Shown here one piece after another: positions 29,553 to 39,783 of a stretch of DNA of 64,000 bases. The number at the start of each line of letters is the position of its first letter. Position 1 is the stretch's first letter. The position numbers were made by a program, and so were the translations under genes. Location of the stretch: the IMG/VR virus record IMGVR_UViG_3300028829_003504, positions 197,789 to 261,788 of that record, one strand, 5' to 3'. Below the pieces are notes generated by a model that was not told the DNA's origin, made no database searches, and was given only the letters and a program-made list of their open reading frames with translations.

Positions 29553-29836
29553 TGTCTAACTTTGAATACCAAGGTAAAGGGTTCTATATGGCAAGAACTC
29601 AAGCTGGTTTGAAGAAAGCTATTAAGCATGCCGTCGGTGACGATGATTTTAGGAACCTTGCTATCGAGGGTTACCCTGAGAGTTACCCTTGCTTGGTTCA
29701 CATATACATTGTGTACAGAGGCTCTAGGTCAATAGTTGTTGATGCCTTACACTTCAACACTTTACGTAAGGCAATGGATGAATCAGATGCTAATCATATT
29801 GCTAATTCAGAAATCGTAAATAACCATTTTGGCTAG
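29552..29836 (+). CDS. hypothetical protein
   Basis: 94 aa, AAGGAG upstream. Confidence 0.7.
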   Translation: MSNFEYQGKGFYMARTQAGLKKAIKHAVGDDDFRNLAIEGYPESYPCLVHIYIVYRGSRSIVVDALHFNTLRKAMDESDANHIANSEIVNNHFG

Positions 29837-29861
29837 ACTCAGTAGCCGCACGGAGAAAATA

Positions 29862-30305
29862 ATGACCGGAACTTACATAGGATTGAAACCTACCAAAGAA
29901 TCAAAAGACGATATTAAGAAATTCGCTGAAAGCTTAGGCATCAAAAATTTACTACCCTCCGACAAGTACCACGTCACCATGTTATACGCTCCTGATGACG
30001 AAATAAAGTATACTGCTAAACCCAATCGCAAGTTTACTGCTCAGGTTACTGGAGCGGCGGTCTTAGGAGAAGGTAAATGGCAGGGTCTTGTATTGAAGAT
30101 GCGGAGCGCAGAACTACATCGACGACACATGGCTATCAAGAAACTATACGGTGAGATTCATTCATACCCTGATTTCACTCTGCATATTACGCTTAAGTAT
30201 AAGCCTGATACTAAGGACATCGAAGTACTCAAAGCACAACTGCCTGGAAGTATGAAGCTATCCTTCACAGGCGAGTACGTAGAGGAGCTTAAAGGCGATG
30301 GTTAG
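29862..30305 (+). CDS. acb1: 2H phosphoesterase, Acb1/T4 gp57B-like anti-CBASS nuclease
   Basis: Two HxT motifs (YHVTMLY, LHITLKY); GTY, LVLKMRSAELHRRH and EYVEELK match my recollection of T4 Acb1; ATG 29862 after GGAG. Confidence 0.8.
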   Translation: MTGTYIGLKPTKESKDDIKKFAESLGIKNLLPSDKYHVTMLYAPDDEIKYTAKPNRKFTAQVTGAAVLGEGKWQGLVLKMRSAELHRRHMAIKKLYGEIHSYPDFTLHITLKYKPDTKDIEVLKAQLPGSMKLSFTGEYVEELKGDG

Positions 30306-30325
30306 CCTAATTGCTACTAAATTTG

Positions 30326-30335
30326 AAACTGTAAA
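30326..30335 (+). promoter_or_regulatory. AAACTGTAAA motif
   Basis: Intergenic, upstream of 30402. Confidence 0.5.
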
Positions 30336-30401
30336 TAAGTAGTATACAAGCATTCTAAGGATAACCTTAGGTACGATTAACTAAAGTAGAGAAATACCAC
30401 C

Positions 30402-30806
30402 ATGCAAAAAATTATAAGAACTGTTACTAAAAACCGATGGTTTGTTAAACGTGTCTGGGTCCCAATGACCTTCATACAGGAAGCTGAGGTATTACAAACC
30501 TCCACCGACCTCCCCTTAGCTACGTTACAGGAACCTACTTTCGAAGAAATAAGAGTAGGTTATGGACAGCGTGTTTGCTGTATGGTTGCCTTGAATCTTA
30601 AAAATCCAACACCTGTATTAAAGTACATGACTATAGATAGAGCGGAAAGTCTGTGGATCCGAGAAGCTACTAATTTAATTATTCAAAATAATCTTGCTTC
30701 ATCGGATGATGGTGCTAGTCACGATGCTATGTTGTTACTCCGACGCTACTCCCTTGAGTACACGGCTGCTGAGGCTATTAACGATTTTTATAAAGATGCC
30801 TTATAG
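30402..30806 (+). CDS. hypothetical protein
   Basis: 134 aa ORF. Confidence 0.6.
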   Translation: MQKIIRTVTKNRWFVKRVWVPMTFIQEAEVLQTSTDLPLATLQEPTFEEIRVGYGQRVCCMVALNLKNPTPVLKYMTIDRAESLWIREATNLIIQNNLASSDDGASHDAMLLLRRYSLEYTAAEAINDFYKDAL

Positions 30807-30818
30807 GGGAATAATATA

Positions 30819-31007
30819 ATGTTAGACGAATTGAATACCTTGTTAGAGGATAGAGACTTAGATTTACCGTTTCATAAACGCCAAGTCAGTCGCTCTGGTA
30901 ATAACTTAGCTTGGTTGAAGAAACATGCCGCAAAACGCAATCAAATAAGTGTAAGGTTAAAACAGTTACTTGATATGCCAATACAACAGCTAGTTGCGCA
31001 ACAATAA
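30819..31007 (+). CDS. small hypothetical protein
   Basis: 62 aa, GGGGA RBS. Confidence 0.65.
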   Translation: MLDELNTLLEDRDLDLPFHKRQVSRSGNNLAWLKKHAAKRNQISVRLKQLLDMPIQQLVAQQ

Positions 31008-31055
31008 ACAGACGGGGGCCTACGTCCCTTAGTCTTCGATAGGAACCCTAACCCT

Positions 31056-31952
31056 ATGTTCAATATTATGAAAAATCCATTATTAATCCCTTGCACGTCC
31101 CTGGTAGTTTACGAAGACCCTGAGACTGAGCAAAACTTACAGACTCAAATCGAGAAGATAAAGACTGACATTAACTACCTTCGGGATGCTTTGGACAAGG
31201 AGCAAGAATTCCGCGACACCATGTTCGGGGAACTTAATCCATCTTTATACGAAGAGATTGCAAAACTAGATGCCTTGACTGCAAGACATGAAGCTTACTT
31301 ACACGAAGCTAAATCCCAAGTGACGGAAGGTACCTTCCGTCCTGACTTACTGGACGATGAGGATTTTATTGGCTGTGGCTCTGATAAAGACTTTATTGAA
31401 GGAACTGGTTCTCAAGAGCCTGACTTAGGTGGTAGGGAAACAAGAAAAGCCTGTGCTCGACTGTTTAAAAAGATCAGTAACTTGTGCCACCCAGATAAGA
31501 ACGGTGGGAGTACGATACTTACTGATACATTCCATACGGCGTATGGAGCGTACAAATCCAATGACCTTGAAACTCTTGAATCCTTATGGGTTACTCTACA
31601 GGACTCTAAGTCTAAAATTAAGAGCAGGTCAAGCAAGGCTAAAGAGCGCCTATTGCTTTTACTGTCTGAGTACAAAAAGGTATATGCTTCGGTTGAGCGT
31701 GACTGGAGAGACTTCATGCAAACGGAAGATGCCTTAATCACTTCTATTTATAGGAAGTCTGGTACAGGTCCTGCTACTGATGCTTATCGTAGAATGATAC
31801 TACTAAGTATAGGGGAATTTGAAAAGGCCATTGAGAATATTCGTGCCGCTTCAAGTAACCGCAGCGTCTACGATGATATAGATACTTCTTTTCAATCCGA
31901 GGGAGATGGAGATGGAGATGACGACTGGGATTGGGATTTGAATGAATCTTAA
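31056..31952 (+). CDS. J-domain (DnaJ-like) protein with internal J-domain and coiled coils
   Basis: RLFKKISNLCHPDKNGG...FHTAYGAYK (HPD motif). Confidence 0.8.
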   Translation: MFNIMKNPLLIPCTSLVVYEDPETEQNLQTQIEKIKTDINYLRDALDKEQEFRDTMFGELNPSLYEEIAKLDALTARHEAYLHEAKSQVTEGTFRPDLLDDEDFIGCGSDKDFIEGTGSQEPDLGGRETRKACARLFKKISNLCHPDKNGGSTILTDTFHTAYGAYKSNDLETLESLWVTLQDSKSKIKSRSSKAKERLLLLLSEYKKVYASVERDWRDFMQTEDALITSIYRKSGTGPATDAYRRMILLSIGEFEKAIENIRAASSNRSVYDDIDTSFQSEGDGDGDDDWDWDLNES

Positions 31953-32005
31953 GAAGACCTACAAACAGTCTACTGTTTATTGATATATAAAATACGTACT
32001 CTAAG

Positions 32006-32031
32006 AAAGCCTGCACTTTGCGGGTTTTTTT
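32006..32031 (+). terminator. intrinsic terminator
   Basis: GCCTGCA-CTT-TGCGGGT followed by T-run. Confidence 0.8.
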
Positions 32032-32073
32032 GTGTCTCCTTTCCCTCAAAACTGACCTCCCTGTGTCTTTTTG

Positions 32074-32080
32074 CTAATTT
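32074..32080 (+). promoter_or_regulatory. CTAATTT candidate late-promoter motif
   Basis: Also at 8294 and 46142; GTAATTT at 3816 and 40866; all upstream of likely structural or abundant genes; short and AT-rich. Confidence 0.35.
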
Positions 32081-32126
32081 AACTTTATGTTTAATAGGCT
32101 AAACACATCCAAAGGAGGAAGGTATA

Positions 32127-33782
32127 ATGCCAATTGCATCACCAAACGCTTCTGCAGGCGTCTACACCCAGACTATAGATTTATCTCAGCGAGTTGCTGC
32201 GGTTTCTACTAGTATAGGTGCTATCGTCGGCGAAGCTCCAAAAGGGCCTGTACTAAAGACAACTTTAGTGACAGACCACGTAGAATATACTAGTAAGTTT
32301 GGTCACGGTACTCCAGGCAAGTTTGGATTTATGGCACAATGCGTAGACCCTTTCCTAGATGTTTCGAAACGCCTTCAAGTTGTCCGTGTAGTTAACGGTG
32401 CTTTAAGTGCAGGTGCTTATTGGACAACCGATGATCCAAATGCACATAACCCTAAGTTCGCCTTGAACAACTTCGATGACGGATCTAACAGACCTTTAGG
32501 TATTGAAGCTCCTGAAGACAACTTAGAATTTACGCCAGCTACACCGGGTGTAAGCTTAATACTGGCTGCATTTTATTCTATCGATCCAGGCAAGTGGAAC
32601 AACAGTATATCTGTACGCATCCGACCTGCTAATCCTGATGGGGTTGCCTTACGTGGCAATGGGCACGATGCTAAATGGTTTTACGTCGAAGTGTTCTTAA
32701 ACTACCAAGGAGGTGAATTTGAAGCTCCTTTAGAGAAGTTCCTGTGTTCTCGTGAGGAACAGGTTGACGGCGAAGGTAACCAACTATTTATCGAAGACGT
32801 TATTAATAACCCAACAAGCGGATCTAAACACATCCGTGTCCTTAATAACCCTTATTGTGAAAATCTTGATGTCGTTACAGATGCTTTCGAGCGTTTTGAT
32901 GGAGGCTCTGACGGATTAAGAGTGACACAGGACCAAATAGCTTTAGCCTGGGAGTTGTTTGAAGACATAGATTCAATTGATGTAAACATTCTTATCAATG
33001 CAGGTTATGCTAATCCTACAGTACATCGTTCTATGGAAAGACTGGCAAGATTACGTGGTGACGCGTTTGCTGTGTTGGATATGCCATCAGATAAACAAGA
33101 GACCTCTGCCGCAAACGTATACAAGGTTAATGAACTTAACCTTGATAGCTCCTACGCAGGCTTATATACTCCTAATGTAAACGTTACGGATTCGAATAGC
33201 GGCAAGAAACTAAGTGTACCACCGTCGGGATTCATTGCGGGTGTAATGGCCTATACTGATCAACAACGGGGTGTGTGGTTTGCACCGGCAGGTATTAACC
33301 GAGGCCGCCTGAGTGTTGGAGGACTAGCCGTTCATTACGGCCAAGGTCACCGTGACTCTTTATCCGAAGTCCAAGTCAACTGCATAAGAAACATACCCGG
33401 CCAAGGTTTTGTTGTATGGGATCAGCAGACTACTCAGCGTATGGCTAGTGCTTTGCAGTGGGTTAACGTGCGCCGTTTAACAAACTACATACTTAAAGCA
33501 ACAAGCTTAGCAGCACGTTACAAACTGTTTGATCCAAATGATAACCGATTGCGTACAGAATTACGTATGATGGTTGAGAAGTTCATGGATCCTATACGTA
33601 CAGGACGTGGCGTATACGAGTACAAAGTTGTTTGTTCTGAGGTAAACAATACACCTGACATCATCGCCAACGGCGATTTAGTTATTGATCTATACTATAC
33701 GCCTACGATTGCAGTTAAGCGTGTGCATGTCGCCTTCAACATAAACCCTACTGGTTCTCGCGTAACGGCCGACGAACTTTAA
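32127..33782 (+). CDS. contractile tail sheath protein
   Basis: SAGVYTQTID, VPPSGFIAG, WFAPAG, VNVRRL and C-terminal fold pattern typical of sheaths. Confidence 0.95.
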   Translation: MPIASPNASAGVYTQTIDLSQRVAAVSTSIGAIVGEAPKGPVLKTTLVTDHVEYTSKFGHGTPGKFGFMAQCVDPFLDVSKRLQVVRVVNGALSAGAYWTTDDPNAHNPKFALNNFDDGSNRPLGIEAPEDNLEFTPATPGVSLILAAFYSIDPGKWNNSISVRIRPANPDGVALRGNGHDAKWFYVEVFLNYQGGEFEAPLEKFLCSREEQVDGEGNQLFIEDVINNPTSGSKHIRVLNNPYCENLDVVTDAFERFDGGSDGLRVTQDQIALAWELFEDIDSIDVNILINAGYANPTVHRSMERLARLRGDAFAVLDMPSDKQETSAANVYKVNELNLDSSYAGLYTPNVNVTDSNSGKKLSVPPSGFIAGVMAYTDQQRGVWFAPAGINRGRLSVGGLAVHYGQGHRDSLSEVQVNCIRNIPGQGFVVWDQQTTQRMASALQWVNVRRLTNYILKATSLAARYKLFDPNDNRLRTELRMMVEKFMDPIRTGRGVYEYKVVCSEVNNTPDIIANGDLVIDLYYTPTIAVKRVHVAFNINPTGSRVTADEL

Positions 33783-33801
33783 AACTAAAAAGCATTAGTA
33801 G

Positions 33802-33831
33802 TACCACTAGGGGAAGTACCTTCTAGTGGTA
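33802..33831 (+). terminator. hairpin after sheath gene
   Basis: TACCACTAG ... CTAGTGGTA inverted repeat. Confidence 0.55.
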
Positions 33832-33868
33832 TCTTCGTTCAACATAAAGAAAAAGAGGTTTTAAAACT

Positions 33869-34516
33869 ATGGAACTTTTACTCCAGAGATATATAGCAGG
33901 ACTTGAAGTAGTTTCTGATGCAGCTAACTTATCAGAAGAAACACCGCAGGTAATGCGTCGAACCAATACAAGCATAGGCAAAACTAGTACGTTCGTTTGT
34001 GCTTTAAAAGAACCGTGGAATATGATTCTTCCACTAAACGTTATTTGGATTGACTTTAATCCAAATAGTTCTACTTACCGCCATGCACTAAAGCGTGTCA
34101 GTAAAGATGCCGATGGACTTAACGCAGAGTATAATCATACTTGGGAAGTTCTTTATTACTTAGAGAATATATGGGACGAGCAGTTTTACGATACCGACGA
34201 TTTATCTTCTATAGGTAGTGGTGAGACTGCGGGTGCCGCATCTACGACAGAGATGGGAATTGTACTTATTTCACATGATGCTCCCGATGGGTCTACACCT
34301 GTAGCCGTAGTTCAGGGTGACCCGCGTTTAGACGATGCGCGTGAGCCTTTACCTCATGAACATGCAGAGATTCCTGCAACTGAATTGCAACATGCGACAG
34401 GTGTTGTCGCTATTTCTAACGGTACTCCTGCCGTAGGCTCAGTACTTAAAGCTACTAGCTCTACAAGCGCAGGCTGGGGCAAGTTAATGGCAGCAGATAT
34501 TACCGCTGCTCCTTAA
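33869..34516 (+). CDS. putative tail-fibre-associated structural protein
   Basis: GAASTTEMGIV...GDPRLDDAREPLPHEH fibre-type motif; N-terminus paralogous to 34540 gene. Confidence 0.55.
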   Translation: MELLLQRYIAGLEVVSDAANLSEETPQVMRRTNTSIGKTSTFVCALKEPWNMILPLNVIWIDFNPNSSTYRHALKRVSKDADGLNAEYNHTWEVLYYLENIWDEQFYDTDDLSSIGSGETAGAASTTEMGIVLISHDAPDGSTPVAVVQGDPRLDDAREPLPHEHAEIPATELQHATGVVAISNGTPAVGSVLKATSSTSAGWGKLMAADITAAP

Positions 34517-34539
34517 TTTAATTAATTCTGTAGGAGATT

Positions 34540-37500
34540 ATGATGGCAGATGAACAGTTAAAGAGTTTCATTTCGAACTACTTGTATTTATCAGATCTAC
34601 GTAATGTAGACAAGACTAATCCACTAACTTTCGAACTTGAACCAGATCACAGAACATTTTTGATGGTAAGTTCTTATGACGAACCTACTTTTTCGCAATT
34701 ACCTTACAACGTATTATGGCTTGTGTGTGACCCAGAAGACCCTTGGTATAATACAGTATATCGTCGTACTAATCATACTAACGCTGATGGTAGAAAGAGT
34801 ACGTGGGAAGAAATCACTACCTTTGATATGCTTTACGTAGTAGACCAATACTATCAAGCAATTAGTGATGCTGACCCATTTGAATTAGGTATTGAAGGTG
34901 AGTTCTCTTTAGGGCCTGCCTCAACTCTGAAAGCAGGTCTTATATTGATACCTGAAGTCCAAGGCGGCGACCCTGTTGTTGTTACTTTTGACTACCCTGG
35001 ATTTTTAGGCGCCCGCACACCTAAAGAGCATACACATCCTGATAAGCCACGGACTATGGTACACATCGACGGAGAATACTCTATCGATGAAAACTATCCT
35101 GACTCTGTAGGCGATACAGACACCTTCGTTTCATTTGATTACTCTCAGCTTCCAGAAGAAGGTTCCGTGTTCTTCTTAACTGGGAATAACCCTGATCGTA
35201 CGAACGAATGGTTCGGTGAGTGGCGTCTTCCCACAGAAGATGATGTAACGTACTTCATTCCTACTCTCATAGCTGTTGATGCGAGGCTAGCCTCAGGTGC
35301 AGTTGAGCTGGGTGATAACGCTACAGGTCAAGTAGAGGCCGACGGCGTATTCGATGATAACACTAGGGATATCAATCCTTCTGACATTGTTTGGACAATT
35401 GAAAATAACGCAGAAGGTATTACTATTGATCAGAGCGGTGTAATTACTATTCCTGACATAAGTTCTGATACTACTATAACCGTTAACGCTAAACTTGAGG
35501 ATAAGTACCATCCTGGGACTTTCGTTAATGGACTCTTAGTTATCAATGTTAAAGACCTATTTACCCCAGTGGTTCCACAATCACTTGCAATCATAGGTAA
35601 CGAGACGCAACCTGAGCAAACTACAGGCAGCTACGTGTTCCGTGTGACGTACTCCGATGGAGCAACTTCGGATATAACACCAGATACCGCTAGTAGCTCA
35701 GCACCTATTGCCACATTTGGTATTAACGGTGACTTAACTGCAATGGACATTACTAATGACACCCCTACAGTTTTAAGTGCGTCATCAGCTATCGAAGGTA
35801 TTATACTTAGTGCCTCATTACCTGTTACCATACTGGCGGAAGTAATTCCAGTTAGTTTGACCATCACAGGTCTTGCTACTGTACAGGAAGAAGGCACTTA
35901 CACCTACGATTTCGTCGTTTCTTACTCTGATGGAACTACTCAGGATATATCTATGGTAGACGGCGCTACTTCTAGTGACGTTACATCAGGTATATTTAAT
36001 ACGGATGGTGAATTAACTACTTTAGACATAGTTAATGATACGTCTATTGTCCTAGAAGCCTCATTTGCAGTTGACGGTATTCTACTTGATGCTTCACTAA
36101 CTGTTAATATTGTTGCCGACTCAATTCCTTCGAGCATAGAGATTATAGGAGCCAGTAGCATTGACGAAGGTGAAACCGAATCTTATACATTCCAAGTTAC
36201 TTATTCGGATAGCACAACTCGAATGTTAGATTTAGAGGACCTGGACTCATTCATTTCGGACAGTGTTGATTTGGTAGTCGCAGGTTCAGTTGCCTCAGTA
36301 GGTGATATTAATGCAAATGGTTCAGCCATACTGACTGTTAGTTATACGGAGTTAGGCCATACTATTACAGATACTCACAACGTTACTTTGGTAGCAGACC
36401 CCGTCCCTCAGTCATTAGTTATACTAGGAGCCAGTAGTATTAGAGAAGGTGAAACCGAATCTTATACGTACCAAGTTACTATGACAGATGGAAGTACCAA
36501 AATGGTTACTGTATCTGATTTAGCCTCTGATAATGCGGACTTGACAGTAGTAGGCGATGATGCCACAGTAGGTTCAATACTAGCTGATGGTGCCGCTGAA
36601 CTATCCGCATCTTACACGGAAGATGGCATTACGGTTAACGCTACGCACCCTGTAGGTTTAATTGCTGCCTCAGCCCCTCAGTCATTAGCCATACTAGGAG
36701 CCAGTAGTATTGACGAAGGTGAGACCGAATCTTATACATTCCAAGTTACCTATTCAGATGGAACTACGTCATTGGTTACAGTCTCGGACTTCGCCTCTGA
36801 TAATGTAGACTTAGTTATTACGGATTCTGACGCCACTGTAGGTTCAATACTGGTTAACGGTTCAGCTGGCCTAACTGCTTCTTATACGGAAGACGGTGTT
36901 ACAGTCAGTGCATCCTTACCTGTGGATTTAGTAGCTGCGCCTGCACCTCAATCTCTGGAGATTCTAGGTTCTTCGACATCGATTGAGTCTGGTGTAGAGC
37001 TATATACGTTTAAGTTAACTTATTCAGATGGAACTACGTCTTTAGTTGATGTAACGGACTTCGCCTCTGATAATGTGGACGTTTCTATATCAGGTAATAA
37101 TACGGCGACTGTGGGTTCTATTACTTCTGACGGATCGGCTATTCTATCTGCTTCTTACACGGAAGACGGTGTCACTGTTAGCGACACTCATGAATTGACC
37201 TACGTGGCTAATGCGGCTCCTACGTCCCTTAAGATCATAGGTGCAGACACTATACAGGAAGGTGACCAAGAAACGTTTACGTTTGAAGTTACATACTCTG
37301 ATGGTTCTACTTCATTAGTCTCAGTGGCTGACTTTTCTTCTGATGGAGCTGCAGGCGTAGTCTCAGATAACAGTGTGGTTACTGGTGGTGATATTGACGC
37401 AGATACTTCGGTGGTACTCTCTGCTTCTTATGAGGAGGATGGGGTCTCTGTTACGGACACACACAACCTTAATATTGAAGCATTACCTGTACCTACAAGT

Positions 37501-38994
37501 ATGGAGATATTGGGCACAGACTCTATAAATGAGAATGACTCCAGTACGTATACTTTCCAAGTTACAATGAGTGACTCAACTACTAAAATGGTTACGGTTA
37601 CTGATTTTGCTTCGGACGATGTATCTAAAGCTACGGTATTAAATAACACTACTGTTAATACAATGGACATTTCATCTGACACCACAGTATCCGTATCCGC
37701 TTCGTATGAAGAAGAAGGAACCACTGTTAGTGCTAGTAAGACAATTAACATTGTTGCTGATGTAGTACCTACCTCGATTGAAATTACAGGTCCTATTAGT
37801 GTGGATGAGGAGTCTATAACTTCTTATACGTTCCAAGTTACAATGAGTGACTCAACTACCAAAACGGTTACGGCCAGTACGGCAAGTGCCGACACAGGTG
37901 CCTTCTCAACGGCAGGTAGTTTTACTGCACCTACTGTTACCGGTCCTAGTAGTGTTGTCCTTTCCGCTTCTTACACGGAAGGCGATGTTACTGTAGATGA
38001 CACACATGTAGTTAGTATAGGAAACACACTGAACCCATTAATCAGTATTTCGTTATCAGGTCTAGCTCAGTTGGATGAAGGAGGTAACACTACACCTCTG
38101 ACTGTAACGGCAACATTTGAAGACTCCACTACGTCTGTCGTAACAGGTTCTTCTGACTACGTGATTTTATCTGGAGGTACTTACGGATCTATATCAGATA
38201 ACATTGTTACCTCAGGTAACGTGACAGAAAACTCGAACATGGTGTTAGAAGCAACTTATACTATAGGTGGGGTTACTAAGACGGCCGAACACACTATATC
38301 AATTAGAGCTGTAGCGCCTATTCCTGTTAGCGTTGAGATATCAGGGCCTTCTGAGGTAGATGAAGGTCAGACTGGTAGTTTAATTGCTGTGGTAACTTAC
38401 GATGATAACTCTACTGCGGCAGTAACTACTTCGGGTACCTGGTCATTTGCAGGTCCATCCGAAGGAGCTAGCGTGGATTCCAGCGGTATATTTTCTGCTC
38501 CTGCTGACGTAGGAAATGATACATCGGTTACTGTTAGTTTTACGTACACTGAGAACGGCACCACACTAGATGATAGTCACTCTATACTAGTTAAAGATAT
38601 TCCAGTTAGTGGACTTTCTGCTGCTTGGGGTTATGACGAGTCAGGTGCTGATATTTGGCCATACACGCAAGCGTTTATAGAAGCTCTACCTAATAAGTTA
38701 GCTTCGCCTGTTATAGGTCAGACGTTGACGTTTGGTACTAGTGGACACACCTACTTGGCTATACCTGAATCGGAATTATCCCCAGGTAAAGCCTTGTGGT
38801 ACTATTGGAACGGAGGAACAAATCCTAGTATTTTGGGTGGAGCTACGTGGCCTCTTGTTGGGTTCTTGGGCTCCAATAAACCTGCTATCATTAGCATTGC
38901 TGGCGAGAACTGGCATATCTATCGTTCTGACTTCGCGGGCGTACTTGGACCTGATACTTACGCCTTTTTTGAAGACAATATGCCATCATTCTAA
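34540..38994 (+). CDS. large Ig-like-repeat virion protein (fibre/appendage)
   Basis: About 12 repeats of ~90 aa (PxSLxIxGxxxIxEGxTxSYTFQVTYSDG); acidic, Ser/Thr-rich. Confidence 0.8.
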   Translation: MMADEQLKSFISNYLYLSDLRNVDKTNPLTFELEPDHRTFLMVSSYDEPTFSQLPYNVLWLVCDPEDPWYNTVYRRTNHTNADGRKSTWEEITTFDMLYVVDQYYQAISDADPFELGIEGEFSLGPASTLKAGLILIPEVQGGDPVVVTFDYPGFLGARTPKEHTHPDKPRTMVHIDGEYSIDENYPDSVGDTDTFVSFDYSQLPEEGSVFFLTGNNPDRTNEWFGEWRLPTEDDVTYFIPTLIAVDARLASGAVELGDNATGQVEADGVFDDNTRDINPSDIVWTIENNAEGITIDQSGVITIPDISSDTTITVNAKLEDKYHPGTFVNGLLVINVKDLFTPVVPQSLAIIGNETQPEQTTGSYVFRVTYSDGATSDITPDTASSSAPIATFGINGDLTAMDITNDTPTVLSASSAIEGIILSASLPVTILAEVIPVSLTITGLATVQEEGTYTYDFVVSYSDGTTQDISMVDGATSSDVTSGIFNTDGELTTLDIVNDTSIVLEASFAVDGILLDASLTVNIVADSIPSSIEIIGASSIDEGETESYTFQVTYSDSTTRMLDLEDLDSFISDSVDLVVAGSVASVGDINANGSAILTVSYTELGHTITDTHNVTLVADPVPQSLVILGASSIREGETESYTYQVTMTDGSTKMVTVSDLASDNADLTVVGDDATVGSILADGAAELSASYTEDGITVNATHPVGLIAASAPQSLAILGASSIDEGETESYTFQVTYSDGTTSLVTVSDFASDNVDLVITDSDATVGSILVNGSAGLTASYTEDGVTVSASLPVDLVAAPAPQSLEILGSSTSIESGVELYTFKLTYSDGTTSLVDVTDFASDNVDVSISGNNTATVGSITSDGSAILSASYTEDGVTVSDTHELTYVANAAPTSLKIIGADTIQEGDQETFTFEVTYSDGSTSLVSVADFSSDGAAGVVSDNSVVTGGDIDADTSVVLSASYEEDGVSVTDTHNLNIEALPVPTSMEILGTDSINENDSSTYTFQVTMSDSTTKMVTVTDFASDDVSKATVLNNTTVNTMDISSDTTVSVSASYEEEGTTVSASKTINIVADVVPTSIEITGPISVDEESITSYTFQVTMSDSTTKTVTASTASADTGAFSTAGSFTAPTVTGPSSVVLSASYTEGDVTVDDTHVVSIGNTLNPLISISLSGLAQLDEGGNTTPLTVTATFEDSTTSVVTGSSDYVILSGGTYGSISDNIVTSGNVTENSNMVLEATYTIGGVTKTAEHTISIRAVAPIPVSVEISGPSEVDEGQTGSLIAVVTYDDNSTAAVTTSGTWSFAGPSEGASVDSSGIFSAPADVGNDTSVTVSFTYTENGTTLDDSHSILVKDIPVSGLSAAWGYDESGADIWPYTQAFIEALPNKLASPVIGQTLTFGTSGHTYLAIPESELSPGKALWYYWNGGTNPSILGGATWPLVGFLGSNKPAIISIAGENWHIYRSDFAGVLGPDTYAFFEDNMPSF
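35575..38600 (+). repeat. degenerate ~270-290-bp tandem units encoding Ig-like domains
   Basis: Shared DNA blocks, e.g. ATACTAGGAGCCAGTAGTATT at 36421 and 36691, GTTACAATGAGTGACTCAACTAC twice. Confidence 0.8.
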
Positions 38995-39004
38995 GGAGGT
39001 TGCT

Positions 39005-39766
39005 GTGCCTGTATTTTTACAATCGTTCCTGTTGCCCTCGTTTCCTCAGCTCCCCTTCTTACTTGAAGATAAATATTTACGTGGTGGCTTTCAATCTCTG
39101 ACTACGTTAGTCGAACGTGATGATATGCACATAGTTAAGAAGAAGCCCGGTATGTTAGTCTACGTAAAAGAGACTAGCGCCTACTACCAAATGTCTGATG
39201 ACCTCTCAGAGTGGCTTGACGCTTCTCTGGGAGGGGGCATCGGAGAAGTTGTTGCTCCGATGCTAATTAACGAAGACGGCGCCCTTGCCATCGACATCAA
39301 TCGTATTTTACCCTCTGGAGGTTCGCCAGGGCAACTGGCTCAGAAACAGCTTGATGGTTCTATACAATGGGTTGACGCTGCGACTAATGCCGGAGCCCGG
39401 GGGACTTCCGAGTTGGAGTGTCCCTTACAGTTATCAACGGGTGAGGTATATGACTTTGAGCTACCTTTAGCTAAAACGTTAATGTTACTTAAAGTCATAC
39501 TGAATGCCCCTGATATACAACTAACGGGATACACCACGTCCATGCGTGATGATAAGAACCCTTTCACCTTCATTAGTCACATAGACTTTATGCAGGATGA
39601 GGGTGTTCTTCTAGTCGATGCAAGCACTAAAGAGTACAAGCGTAGATTCTCGTTTATGGCTAACTTAGAAACACCTGTTAGTGATAAGCTTTATTTTACG
39701 TTTAAGAACTTGGGCGTGGCTCCTGTCACTCCCAAAGTAATTATAGACTATCTGGCCATGCAATAG
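39005..39766 (+). CDS. putative structural protein
   Basis: GTG 39005 follows AAGGAGG; the 38732 start in the track overlaps the upstream gene and is unlikely. Confidence 0.65.
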   Translation: MPVFLQSFLLPSFPQLPFLLEDKYLRGGFQSLTTLVERDDMHIVKKKPGMLVYVKETSAYYQMSDDLSEWLDASLGGGIGEVVAPMLINEDGALAIDINRILPSGGSPGQLAQKQLDGSIQWVDAATNAGARGTSELECPLQLSTGEVYDFELPLAKTLMLLKVILNAPDIQLTGYTTSMRDDKNPFTFISHIDFMQDEGVLLVDASTKEYKRRFSFMANLETPVSDKLYFTFKNLGVAPVTPKVIIDYLAMQ

Positions 39767-39783
39767 GTCGAGGAGAACCCATA

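Noticed and set aside
38732-39004. Extended N-terminus of the 39005 gene as given in the track
   Set aside because: Overlaps the Ig-repeat gene by about 260 nt; strong AAGGAGG precedes GTG 39005
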